Source: Candidatus Altiarchaeota archaeon (GTDB lineage Archaea > Altiarchaeota > Altiarchaeia > IMC4 > QMZM01). Taken from it: a stretch of 64,000 bases of DNA. The notes beneath the pieces are model-generated. The model was not told where the DNA came from. It did no database searches and worked only from the letters and a program-made list of their open reading frames with translations. A program made the position numbers and the translations under genes. Within the stretch, counting starts at the first letter, position 1, and every line of letters starts with the position of its first letter. The stretch is from assembly GCA_038891095.1 (NCBI GenBank), contig JAWAEV010000003.1, forward strand, positions 9,028 through 73,027, in the 5' to 3' direction. Positions 30,092 through 39,003 of this stretch are shown one piece after another.

Positions 30092-31258
30092 TCAATTATA
30101 ATTATTCAAAATCGAAATTATTTGTCTTTGGCATACTGGGCAGAAATGCCAAATAGAACGTGTTCTCATAAGACAGTTATTCTCTGTTGCCCTATATAGA
30201 TTTCTATAACTGCAAATGGGATAGCATCCAGTTCCAGGAGTTCCTACCCATTTTGAGCATGAAGGTTCAGTATCACAATTTGCACCTGAGTAATACAAAG
30301 AACCCATTTCACCATAATCATACTCATCCATCAACAAGCCAATATGATGGCCACCGCATTCATGAATACTCAACCAAGGATATGCATGAGATGAAACACA
30401 GTAAGGTGAAGATGACATACTTTCTCCACCTGCGCCAGCCCATTCATTACTTTTGAATAGCACAACTATGTTATCGTGAGGACATTCAGATGCCAAGGTT
30501 ATCACCTTAGCACTATTACAAAGAATTGACCTATCATATGCAAGGTGGCACTCAAGGTCCTCAAATTTATTTACGTAATGTACGTTAATCTTATTCCTAT
30601 AAGAGCTATAAGGTGCAGTGTTCAAGAGAGCATTCATATGTTCTTGTACCTTAGAAATAAAAATCCCTAATTCTGAGGAATCATAATCATCGCCAACAAA
30701 AACAATATCTAATTTATTTGAAGGATCACCATTATTTAAGATAGTAACGCAGTGAGTTGTAAAAATTGTAGTTGTTGAACTTAGGGGAGGAGTTGATGTA
30801 ACTATTGTTGAGCTTGTTGATATAGGTGTGCTAGTTGTGGCATAACTTGTTGTAGTTGTTGACCAAGTCAATGCAGTTGTCCAAAGAATCGTAGTGGTTG
30901 TAGATTTTGGTGGTGGTGGGCAATTACATTTAAACTCCTTGACATCTCCGCCTTCAATCAGAAAATTTACTAATGGGCAGGCAATTAAAATGAAAATCAA
31001 TACAACTATAGCATATTTGATTCTTTTTTTCGCTTCTTCTCTTTCATACATATCCTCGTTTGTAAACAGTTTAACTCCAGAGAGAATAATTATCAAGGCA
31101 ACAATTCCAGCAATAATGAACATAATCAAGCAATAACATACAAGAATCCAATAATTCAAATGCGAAGAAATTTTTTCTTCAGGACTTTGAGCAAAAGCTA
31201 AACTTGAAATTACAAAGATAAATAAAATTAAATTTTTATTTTCCATAGGTTTCATCAA
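30092..31258 (-). CDS. Membrane-anchored M64-like (IgA-peptidase-like) zinc metallopeptidase with Thr/Pro-rich linker
   Basis: Signal peptide/TM helices and a T/S/P-rich linker. The catalytic-domain motifs resemble Peptidase_M64 (…DIVFVGDDY… and …HECGGHHIGLLMDEYDY…). The zinc motif is not a clean HEXXH. Confidence 0.45.
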   Translation of the reverse strand: MMKPMENKNLILFIFVISSLAFAQSPEEKISSHLNYWILVCYCLIMFIIAGIVALIIILSGVKLFTNEDMYEREEAKKRIKYAIVVLIFILIACPLVNFLIEGGDVKEFKCNCPPPPKSTTTTILWTTALTWSTTTTSYATTSTPISTSSTIVTSTPPLSSTTTIFTTHCVTILNNGDPSNKLDIVFVGDDYDSSELGIFISKVQEHMNALLNTAPYSSYRNKINVHYVNKFEDLECHLAYDRSILCNSAKVITLASECPHDNIVVLFKSNEWAGAGGESMSSSPYCVSSHAYPWLSIHECGGHHIGLLMDEYDYGEMGSLYYSGANCDTEPSCSKWVGTPGTGCYPICSYRNLYRATENNCLMRTRSIWHFCPVCQRQIISILNNYN

Positions 31259-32480
31259 AAATCCTCAAAAGTTGATTGTATTTTGCTGTTCTTTCACCTC
31301 TGCAAGGAGCACCTGCCTTTATAAATTTTGCCCCTAGGCCAACACAAAAGTCAGCTATGAATGAATCTTCAGTTTCACCAGAGCGATGCGAAACCATAAC
31401 TTGCCAATTATTTTCTTTAGCAATTTTAAATGCTCTAATAGCTTCAGAAATTGTTCCAATTTGATTTATCTTCAAAAGCAAAGAGTTGCAAGCTTTCATA
31501 TGAATTGCTTTTTCTATTCTCGAAACATTTGTAACAAGAAGGTCATCTCCAATAATGTTGATTTCTTTACCAAATTTTTTATTAAATTCAATCCAACTTT
31601 GCCAGTCATCTTGCGCAAATGGATCTTCAAATGAAATTATACAATATTGATCAAGCAAAAGTCTATACTTCTCTATTAATTCTTGCGGCCATAGTGAATT
31701 TCCTTCAACAAGGTACTTACCTTCATTAAAAAATTCTGATGCTGCACAATCCAACCCAAGTTTTATCTTATCCTCATAACCTAAGTCTTCTAAAACATGC
31801 GTTATTAACTCTAAAGGTTCATCAATCTTCCTCATTGGAGGAGCAAAACCACCTTCATCACCAACATTTATTGCTGTTTTACCATAACGTTCTACTATAA
31901 ACTCTTTCAGATTTTGATAAGCTTCGACACAAATTCTTATTCTTTCCCTAAAATTTTCCTCCTCAATTGGAATTATCATATATTCTTGAAAATCTAAGCT
32001 GTTACCAGCATGTTTGCCGCCATTGATAATATTCATTGCTGGAATTGGTAGTGAGAAAATTTCATTATTTGCTAATGCACCAATATATTTGTATAGGGGC
32101 ACTCCTTGTTCAATTGCTGCAATTTTTACAGTAGCAGTACTCACGCTAAGAATAGCATTTGCTCCTAAATTTGATTTATTTTCAGTTCCATCAAGTTCTA
32201 TAAGCAACTTATCAATTTCTTCTTGGTTTCTACAATCTAAACCAACAATTTTTTTTGCAATGACATCATTTACATTTTTTACAGCTTTTAAAACACCTCT
32301 ACCATTAAATCTATCATCTTTGTCTCTTAACTCAACTGCTTCATGTATTCCAGTTGAGGCACCAGATGGAACATCCGCTATTGCAAAATTTTTTTCTGTT
32401 CGAATTTCAACCTCTACTGTTGGATTACCACGAGAATCAAGTATCTCTCTAGCTTTTATTTTTTTAATTTGAAAATCCAC
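31236..32480 (-). CDS. eno: Enolase (2-phosphoglycerate dehydratase)
   Basis: 414 aa. The N-terminal …KAREILDSRGNPTVEV… and the …SHRSGETED… active site are diagnostic. Confidence 0.9.
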   Translation of the reverse strand: MDFQIKKIKAREILDSRGNPTVEVEIRTEKNFAIADVPSGASTGIHEAVELRDKDDRFNGRGVLKAVKNVNDVIAKKIVGLDCRNQEEIDKLLIELDGTENKSNLGANAILSVSTATVKIAAIEQGVPLYKYIGALANNEIFSLPIPAMNIINGGKHAGNSLDFQEYMIIPIEEENFRERIRICVEAYQNLKEFIVERYGKTAINVGDEGGFAPPMRKIDEPLELITHVLEDLGYEDKIKLGLDCAASEFFNEGKYLVEGNSLWPQELIEKYRLLLDQYCIISFEDPFAQDDWQSWIEFNKKFGKEINIIGDDLLVTNVSRIEKAIHMKACNSLLLKINQIGTISEAIRAFKIAKENNWQVMVSHRSGETEDSFIADFCVGLGAKFIKAGAPCRGERTAKYNQLLRIFDETYGK

Positions 32481-32564
32481 TTTGAATTTTATATTTATTC
32501 ATTTATCAAATGAATTTATAAATCTTTTTTAGTTTTATAGTTATAATGCATTAAATATTAATTA

Positions 32565-32639
32565 CCCCCTCATAGGGTCACCTATGCTGAGAGATGACAT
32601 AGTTATATAGATCAATGAAACTTGGAGTTAATGAGGGGG
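32565..32639. other. GC-rich 75-nt palindromic element (9-bp stem CCCCCTCAT/ATGAGGGGG with an inner CTATG…CATAG hairpin); candidate structured ncRNA or regulatory site
   Basis: A GC-rich island in the 365-nt AT-rich divergent intergenic region between eno and tiaS. Confidence 0.35.
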
Positions 32640-32845
32640 TCATAATAGCTCTATATTCTTAAAATTCAAGAGTACTATGAAAACTTTTTTCTAATAACAT
32701 TTTGTTTATCTTTTTAGAAATACACAAATGAAAAAGCATAGTGATAATACAACTGGTCAACCTAATGAAAAATAATATGGAAACCAAGAATAGTAAAATT
32801 CAAATAATCAAAATGAAAATGAAATATAATAAGTAATTAAGAAGA

Positions 32846-34108
32846 TTGGAAAATTATAAACTTAACTCTAAATTTAAAATGTTCATTGGTATTGATGATA
32901 CTGATTCAAGAAAAGGTGGTTGCACAACATATATTGCTGCTTTACTATGTGAAAAACTTAAAGTTGTTGGTTATCCAAAGCTGATTCGTTTAAATCCAAA
33001 TATCCCTTTTAAAACTCGTGGCAATGGTGCCATCTCTCTTAAAATTTTTAATGATGATAAAAAGGCCAAAGAAATTGTTCTTGAAACAGTTGAGAAATTT
33101 TCAAAATTTCCAGATGATGACACAAATCCAGGAGTTGTTTTTCTTTCTGATATAAATTTCAGAAAAAATAAAAAAACCTTAGAAAAATTTTACTTGAAAG
33201 CAGTTTCAGAATTAGTAACAATGAAAGAAGCAGAGAAAATTGCAAAAAAAATAAATGCTGAAGTTTACAAATTCAAGAATGGCAGAGGTATTATTGGAGC
33301 ATTAGCTGCAATAGGTTCAGAATTAGAAAATGATAAAACTTACGAGCTTTTATCTTATAGAATTCCTGAAAATTATGGAAAAAAAAGAAAAATTTTTAAT
33401 AACTCTATTTTTGAGATGAATGAAAGGACATTTCCTGAAACTTTTGACAATATTGATTTTGAGACAGGAGAGATAAGAATATTACCTCATGGCTATGATC
33501 CTGTTTTCTGTGGCATAAGAGGTGAAACTCCAAATGCAGTTGAAAGTGCTTGGAAAATTTTAAAACCTTTGGAGAAAATTGAGAGGATTCAAATTTTCGA
33601 AACAAATCAAGCAACTGATGCTCATCTAAGAGAAAAAAAAATTTCAAATATAAAGCCTTATGATTGCGTTGTCATTGATGCAATAGTAAGAAAAAAACCA
33701 AAGAAAATCTCTGGAGGTCATGTTATCTTCGAAATTGATGATGGCACCGGAAAAATTGATTGTGCAGCATATAAAAAAACTGGTAATTTTAGGGATTTAG
33801 TAATGAAATTAACTTCTGGAGACAAAATAAGAGTTTTTGGAGGAGTTGCAAAATACATAAAAACAATAAATTTAGAAAAACTTAAAATTTTAAAATTGAA
33901 AAAAATTTTCAAAAAAGAAAAACCATATTGCTGCGGGAGGGTTATGACATCTGCTGGAAAAAACAAAGGTTATAAATGTAGAAAATGTGGTAAACGAGCA
34001 ATTAAAGATAAAATTTTAGAGCTTAAGAGAGATTTAAATCTTGGCTTTTATGAAGTCGCAGTTAGAGCAAGAAGACATATAGCAAAACCTCTTATTAGAA
34101 TGAAGTGA
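32846..34108 (+). CDS. tiaS: tRNA(Ile2) 2-agmatinylcytidine synthetase TiaS
   Basis: 420 aa. The N-terminal …FIGIDDTDS…GCTTY… kinase-like motif and a C-terminal Zn-ribbon (CCGRVMTSAGKNKGYKCRKCGK) are characteristic of TiaS. The true start may be the internal MFIGIDD. Confidence 0.85.
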   Translation: MENYKLNSKFKMFIGIDDTDSRKGGCTTYIAALLCEKLKVVGYPKLIRLNPNIPFKTRGNGAISLKIFNDDKKAKEIVLETVEKFSKFPDDDTNPGVVFLSDINFRKNKKTLEKFYLKAVSELVTMKEAEKIAKKINAEVYKFKNGRGIIGALAAIGSELENDKTYELLSYRIPENYGKKRKIFNNSIFEMNERTFPETFDNIDFETGEIRILPHGYDPVFCGIRGETPNAVESAWKILKPLEKIERIQIFETNQATDAHLREKKISNIKPYDCVVIDAIVRKKPKKISGGHVIFEIDDGTGKIDCAAYKKTGNFRDLVMKLTSGDKIRVFGGVAKYIKTINLEKLKILKLKKIFKKEKPYCCGRVMTSAGKNKGYKCRKCGKRAIKDKILELKRDLNLGFYEVAVRARRHIAKPLIRMK

Positions 34109-34193
34109 ATCTTAAATAAAATTAATTCGCAGTTCGCTTGGAATTTAGCTGAATCTAAGCTGATGGCTAAGAAGCCTCAAAATTTACTGATAT

Positions 34194-34302
34194 CGGACCC
34201 GGCGGGATTTGAACCCGCGACCTCCGGATTTCTTCCATATTTCTTCTAAAAGAAAATTTTAGCTAGAAGTCCGGTGCCCCGTCCAGGCTAGGCTACGGGC
34301 CC
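34194..34302 (-). tRNA. tRNA-Arg (anticodon UCU) with a 34-nt intron at the canonical 37/38 position
   Basis: Cloverleaf from hand folding: acceptor GGGCCCG/CGGGUCC, T-arm GCGGG-UUCAAAU-CCCGC, anticodon stem CCGGA/UCCGG with loop CU-UCU-A. The intron GCUAAAAUUUUCUUUUAGAAGAAAUAUGGAAGAA contains AGAAG that can pair with the CUUCU anticodon region (BHB-type). No encoded CCA. Confidence 0.75.
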
Positions 34303-34333
34303 TTAATATATTATTAGATTTAAGAAAATTATA

Positions 34334-34918
34334 TCAGAAAAGAAAAATTATGGAAATTATTGTTAAACTAAATGGGACTAAAAAGTTATCATCTATCTTA
34401 GGCAACAACTCTACTAAGCCTCCAATTATCGCAAATGTTATTGCTCTTGAAAAATCAACAAAAATTATTGCACCAAAAAAACTTGAAAAAATAAATGCTA
34501 AGAAACCTTCAATTGTTTTTTCTCCAATATTGTGCTTTCCATAAAATTTTCCAATTAGAGTTGAGAATGCATCACCAGTGCTAATAACAATTATAATTGC
34601 ACATGCAACATTTATTGAATTTATAAAAAGAATTGGAAATAAAATTCCAAGACCATACCAAAAAGCACCTTTAAATGGGAAATTAATTATGTTTTCATCC
34701 CTTTCAAAATGGTAAAGAATATGATTAATAATCTTTATTTCAGGAAAAAATTTTGGAATGAGTAGCATTAATATCAAGGCTATTATCAGCGGAATTGCTG
34801 TAATTATTTGACCTATAATAGGCCTTAGAAAATAAACTGCAAAAGTTATCGATAAACCTAAAATTAAATGAAACATCTGCCTTTTAAATTCCAAATTATT
34901 GCTGTTTTTTTTAGACAT
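34334..34918 (-). CDS. CTP-dependent polyprenol/dolichol kinase-like or CDP-archaeol-synthase-like small membrane protein (cytidylyltransferase superfamily)
   Basis: 194 aa, about 6 TM helices. The C-terminal GDAFSTLIGKFYGKH resembles the DxxAxxxGxxxGxxK dolichol-kinase / CdsA-CarS signature. Confidence 0.45.
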   Translation of the reverse strand: MSKKNSNNLEFKRQMFHLILGLSITFAVYFLRPIIGQIITAIPLIIALILMLLIPKFFPEIKIINHILYHFERDENIINFPFKGAFWYGLGILFPILFINSINVACAIIIVISTGDAFSTLIGKFYGKHNIGEKTIEGFLAFIFSSFFGAIIFVDFSRAITFAIIGGLVELLPKIDDNFLVPFSLTIISIIFLF

Positions 34919-34923
34919 TCTTA

Positions 34924-36231
34924 CTATTCAACTTTTTCCCATCTATTATATGCTTTTCCTTTTAAAAAATCATAAAATGCCGGAAATGTGTGTAATGATG
35001 AAACGAATATTGTATATGGAAAGTAAAAGAATAAAGCAAATAAATTTCTCATATCATATTTGAATCTTATTAACATCATGAATGTATAGAGTAGATATAA
35101 AACAAATAAAGTAAAAGCAGCTATAAAATATAGATCCATTCTGTAAAAACCAGTAAAAACCCTATAAGCATACTCTATCATACCATAGGCAGAAAGCCAT
35201 GAAAAAAAATATCTAAAAACATCAATGCTTATAACATTATTTTTAGAGAAGAAGTATGTAAAATAGCCAGATATCATCGAAAATAAAATTGATGGTATGT
35301 AAACGCTGCAATGAATATACCAATAAAATTGGGTACCCATACCATATAAAAATCTAAAATTTTTGAAGAATAACTTTTTATGTTTCTTCAAAACTTGTAA
35401 TCCTCCGCGACCCCATCTTATCCTTTGCTTAATTAATCCATTTATACTATCCGGAACTTTTGTCCTTATTGTTGCATCCGACATTGCTACTCTATATCCA
35501 TTGGCTCTGAGTTTCAATCCAACATCCACATCTTCAGAAAGAGTATCTGTTGAAAATCCACCTACTTTCCATAGAGCTTCTCTTCTAAAGGCCGCAAATC
35601 CTGGTAGCATATATCCTGCATCAATCTTATCACAAATGTATCTCCAACTTGATGAAATCACATAATCTAAATCCTGAAACCATGTTAGAGGATTCCTACT
35701 CAACTTTGCTCTTATAACTCCTCCAACTGCCATGACATCCTTATCTGAAAACGGACTGCAAATTTTAGTTAGGCCATCTTTTTCAATTTCTGAATCTGCA
35801 TCTAGGATCAGTAGAATTTCATTTTTTGCTTTTTTAATTCCAAAATTTAATGCTTTTGCCTTTCCAAGATGTGGAGTATTGAAAAATTTAACCTCATTAT
35901 GGTTTTTGCAAATTCTCATCAAAATATTTTCAGTGTTATCTGTTGAACCATCATTAATCACTATGACCTCCTTCTCTTTAGGATATACTGCTTCTAAAAT
36001 ACTTTTTATAGTTCTCTCTATACTCTTTTCTTCATTATGAGCAGGAATTACAATTGAGACATCATAAAATTTCTTCTCATACTGCCTTTTTGGTAATAGA
36101 TAAATTATTATCCAAGATATGTAGAGCCCAGATAAAAAGAAAAATAACAATGTTAGGATTGTGTTATACATTTTGCATTTAATTAATGTTTTTTTATTAA
36201 TTATAGTTAGATAGCAATGGAGAATGAACAA
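34924..36231 (-). CDS. Processive family-2 glycosyltransferase (synthase-type, QxxRW motif) with integral membrane C-terminus
   Basis: 435 aa. N-terminal TM helix, GT-A domain (…VSIVIPAHNEE…NDGSTDNT…, D-A-D), QRIRWGRG motif, then about 4 C-terminal TM helices. The architecture matches cellulose/chitin/poly-GlcNAc/hyaluronan synthases. Confidence 0.7.
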   Translation of the reverse strand: MFILHCYLTIINKKTLIKCKMYNTILTLLFFFLSGLYISWIIIYLLPKRQYEKKFYDVSIVIPAHNEEKSIERTIKSILEAVYPKEKEVIVINDGSTDNTENILMRICKNHNEVKFFNTPHLGKAKALNFGIKKAKNEILLILDADSEIEKDGLTKICSPFSDKDVMAVGGVIRAKLSRNPLTWFQDLDYVISSSWRYICDKIDAGYMLPGFAAFRREALWKVGGFSTDTLSEDVDVGLKLRANGYRVAMSDATIRTKVPDSINGLIKQRIRWGRGGLQVLKKHKKLFFKNFRFLYGMGTQFYWYIHCSVYIPSILFSMISGYFTYFFSKNNVISIDVFRYFFSWLSAYGMIEYAYRVFTGFYRMDLYFIAAFTLFVLYLLYTFMMLIRFKYDMRNLFALFFYFPYTIFVSSLHTFPAFYDFLKGKAYNRWEKVE

Positions 36232-36714
36232 AAAAAGATAGAGTATGCAACTTTAAGGCAAAGAATTTATGCATTACTTATTGATCTATTCTTACTGATG
36301 CTTCCAATTTATTTAGTAACAGTTGTTGTTTGGGATTTTGCTCTTATAATATCAGAGAAAAATTTTCCAGAAATTTATAATGAAATGCAAAGATCTATGA
36401 CATCGCCAACACCATATATATTACCAGAACTTAGCATTATCTACTATATCCAAACAATTGCTGCATTTTTACTAATCGTTTTATACTTTTCCATATCTGA
36501 AGTAAAAATGGATGGCCAATCTGTTGGGAAGATAATAACTAACATAAAAGTAATTTCTGAAAATTCAAGACGATATAACTTCAAAACTGCATTAACTAGA
36601 AATTTTCTTAGAATTTTTGATTTTCCTTTTGGTTTTCTCTTAATTTTAAAATCAAAAAAAAGACAGAGACCAGGTGATATATTCACAAAAACAGTAGTTA
36701 TTGTTGATAAGTAA
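36217..36714 (+). CDS. RDD-family small membrane protein
   Basis: 165 aa with an RDD-like N-terminus (…LRQRIYALLIDLFLL…) and 3 TM helices. It overlaps the ends of both flanking GT2 genes. Confidence 0.45.
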   Translation: MENEQKKIEYATLRQRIYALLIDLFLLMLPIYLVTVVVWDFALIISEKNFPEIYNEMQRSMTSPTPYILPELSIIYYIQTIAAFLLIVLYFSISEVKMDGQSVGKIITNIKVISENSRRYNFKTALTRNFLRIFDFPFGFLLILKSKKRQRPGDIFTKTVVIVDK

Positions 36715-37954
36715 AACTTTTTGGTGTTCTATGCCACCACATACTCTTGTTTAGAGTTGCTTTTATAGTAGCAACACTAAGTGCAATAACCATTGTAATC
36801 CCAATGATGAATATAGCCAAAAAAGATGATGGAAAATTTTTCAAAGATTTTTCTTTTAACATTGCTATAAGCATAGAGAATGCAAAACCCATTGTTATTA
36901 AAAGTGTTGTTAGAAATCTTATTATATCTTCAAATTGAATCTGTTTATGTCCACCAGTGATCCAACCCATTATCCCAAAAAAAGTCATTCCAACTATGAA
37001 AAATGAGAAATAGCTACCTAAGGTTATAAAGCCAATTGGAATTCTCTGTCTAAATGAAAAATTTTTTGAAAATATTTTCTCACTATTTTCTATGAAGGCT
37101 CTAACCATTCCATAGCTCCAACGCATTTGTTGTCTTAAAAATCCTCTAAGTGTATTAGGAACTTCACCAGGATTTACTAAATCTTTTAAAAATTTTATTT
37201 TATATTTTTTATGCATAAGTTTAATGCTTAAATCAGCATCTTCTGTTATTGAATTTTCATTCCATCCATTAAATTCTTCCAAAACATTTCGCCTTATAGC
37301 TAAACCTGTTCCTCCAAGGAATGTAACTCCCATATTCGAGCTTATATTCATTACAATGTTATAGTATATCATCAATATGGACGAAGCATACTTTGTTATT
37401 ATATTTTGTGTGGCATTCAAAAAACCCATTTTTGACTGAACTGCAGCAATCTCTTCATCATGGATTAATGGATCAATTAATTTTCTTAAAAAATTTCTAC
37501 TTGGTGCGAAGTCAGAATCAAATACAACAATAATCTCCCCTTTCGCATATTTCATAGCAGCATTTAAAGCACCAGGTTTAAAGCCATTTCTTGTGCTTCT
37601 CCTGATAATGCTAATATTGCTTCTACTTCTACAATTTTTTACAACTGCATCAATCAATTCAATTGTTCTTTTGTCATCACTATCATCAACAACTTGAATC
37701 TCATATTTATTTTTTGGATAGTTAAAATTTATACAATGCTCAATACATCTTACCACAATAGGATCATTATAAACAGGTATTTGTATTGTTACCATCGGTA
37801 ATCTATTTTTCTTTAATTTCATATTCTTTTCATTTTCTATTCTTTCTCGTGGTAGAATTTCTGCTAATGCTGCAATATAGAAAACAAGTGAGAGAAATAC
37901 AACTGGCAATAAAAAAGTGTGATACAATACTAAGGTCAGTGAATGTATGTCCAT
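36698..37954 (-). CDS. Processive family-2 glycosyltransferase (second synthase-type paralog, QxxRW motif)
   Basis: 418 aa. N-terminal TM helix, GT-A domain (…IQIPVYND…VVDDSDD…, …VFDSDF…), a QQMRW motif and C-terminal TM helices. Confidence 0.7.
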   Translation of the reverse strand: MDIHSLTLVLYHTFLLPVVFLSLVFYIAALAEILPRERIENEKNMKLKKNRLPMVTIQIPVYNDPIVVRCIEHCINFNYPKNKYEIQVVDDSDDKRTIELIDAVVKNCRSRSNISIIRRSTRNGFKPGALNAAMKYAKGEIIVVFDSDFAPSRNFLRKLIDPLIHDEEIAAVQSKMGFLNATQNIITKYASSILMIYYNIVMNISSNMGVTFLGGTGLAIRRNVLEEFNGWNENSITEDADLSIKLMHKKYKIKFLKDLVNPGEVPNTLRGFLRQQMRWSYGMVRAFIENSEKIFSKNFSFRQRIPIGFITLGSYFSFFIVGMTFFGIMGWITGGHKQIQFEDIIRFLTTLLITMGFAFSMLIAMLKEKSLKNFPSSFLAIFIIGITMVIALSVATIKATLNKSMWWHRTPKSFTYQQ

Positions 37955-38011
37955 TTTATTATTTATTTCTATAATATCAATATATCAACCTAAGTTTAAA
38001 ATATCTATGAT

Positions 38012-38680
38012 ATGAAAAAAGTATATATTGTAGCAGCAGTTCTTTCAATATTTTTTTATCTAATAGGACTATTTTCCGGTTTGTTTATAGAAAGATCAAT
38101 TTTTAGCTATACTGAAGATAAAATAGGTATTCTCCAGAAGGAAATAAAGCAATCTGATGAAATTTATTCATCTCTAAATAGAAGGCTTTTAAGCTTGCAG
38201 TTAGAACATGCTTATCTAAGTATAATTGGCAAAGATTTACAATGTAGCTCTTTATCTACATTAGTCCAAGATACAACAAAAAAAGTTTGGGAATTAGGAA
38301 AAGAACTCAATGAAGAAAATCCAAAATTTGATGAGTTGAGAAGAGATTATGCTTTACTTTCAATAAGAGCATGGATTCTTAATAATTATGTGAAGGAGAA
38401 ATGCAGGAATAATGTTACAATAATTCTTTATTTTTACTCAGTTCCATGTGAAGATTGTATTAAACAAGGAGAAATATTAGATAAGTTAAGAGAGGAAAAA
38501 TTCAAAGATAAAATTTTGATTTTTGTTTTAAATTCCGATTTAGACGAGCCAATTGTAAATACATTAAAAACAGCATACTCAATTAAAAAAACACCAAGTT
38601 TGGTTATTGGTGAAAAAACCTATTCTAATCTAATTTCAGAAGAAAATTTAACTAAGATAATTTCTGGAGAATTAGGATGA
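38012..38680 (+). CDS. Membrane-anchored hypothetical protein with coiled-coil and C-terminal thioredoxin-like CxxC (CEDC) region
   Basis: 222 aa with an N-terminal TM helix. …LYFYSVPCEDCIKQ…ILIFVLNSD… resembles a thioredoxin fold. Confidence 0.35.
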   Translation: MKKVYIVAAVLSIFFYLIGLFSGLFIERSIFSYTEDKIGILQKEIKQSDEIYSSLNRRLLSLQLEHAYLSIIGKDLQCSSLSTLVQDTTKKVWELGKELNEENPKFDELRRDYALLSIRAWILNNYVKEKCRNNVTIILYFYSVPCEDCIKQGEILDKLREEKFKDKILIFVLNSDLDEPIVNTLKTAYSIKKTPSLVIGEKTYSNLISEENLTKIISGELG

Positions 38681-39003
38681 ATCTAAAGGAATTTTTTAAA
38701 CTGAATAAACAAGATATTTTGTTATCAACAGTTTTATCTTCAGTTATGTTAGAGTTACCTCGTATAATGCTAAAAAGTCAAGACATTTTTCTATATTCTT
38801 TTTGGTGCGATTTATATAAATTATAAAAATGGAAATACTATCCTCAAATTCTTCCTTATCTTTTTCAGAATTTAGATTTTTATATGTTTTTAGTCGTTGT
38901 GAGGATATAAAAAATGATCGTTCTCCGCATCTCGAAATAAATATACTGAAATTCAAAGTACAAGTATCAACATATACACAGAATAAAAAAGATTTAATTT
39001 AAA

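Noticed and set aside
30092-31258. Calling the secreted protein a canonical HEXXH zincin
   Set aside because: The motif reads HECGGHH (HExxxH spacing). Only family-level resemblance to M64 blocks is seen, so it is reported as M64-like with reduced confidence.
32565-32639. C/D-box or H/ACA small RNA interpretation of the GC-rich palindrome
   Set aside because: CUGA and an AGAUGA-like box occur in the inner loop. However there is no terminal C box (RUGAUGA) / D box pair and no ACA trinucleotide in the right position on either strand. Kept only as a generic structured element.
38681-39003. 323-nt gap upstream of srp54, considered as a possible SRP (7S) RNA or other ncRNA; includes a 70-aa minus ORF (38744-38956)
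   Set aside because: The region is extremely AT-rich with no GC-rich helices expected for 7S RNA. The ORF product is low-complexity and unsupported. More likely a promoter/spacer region.
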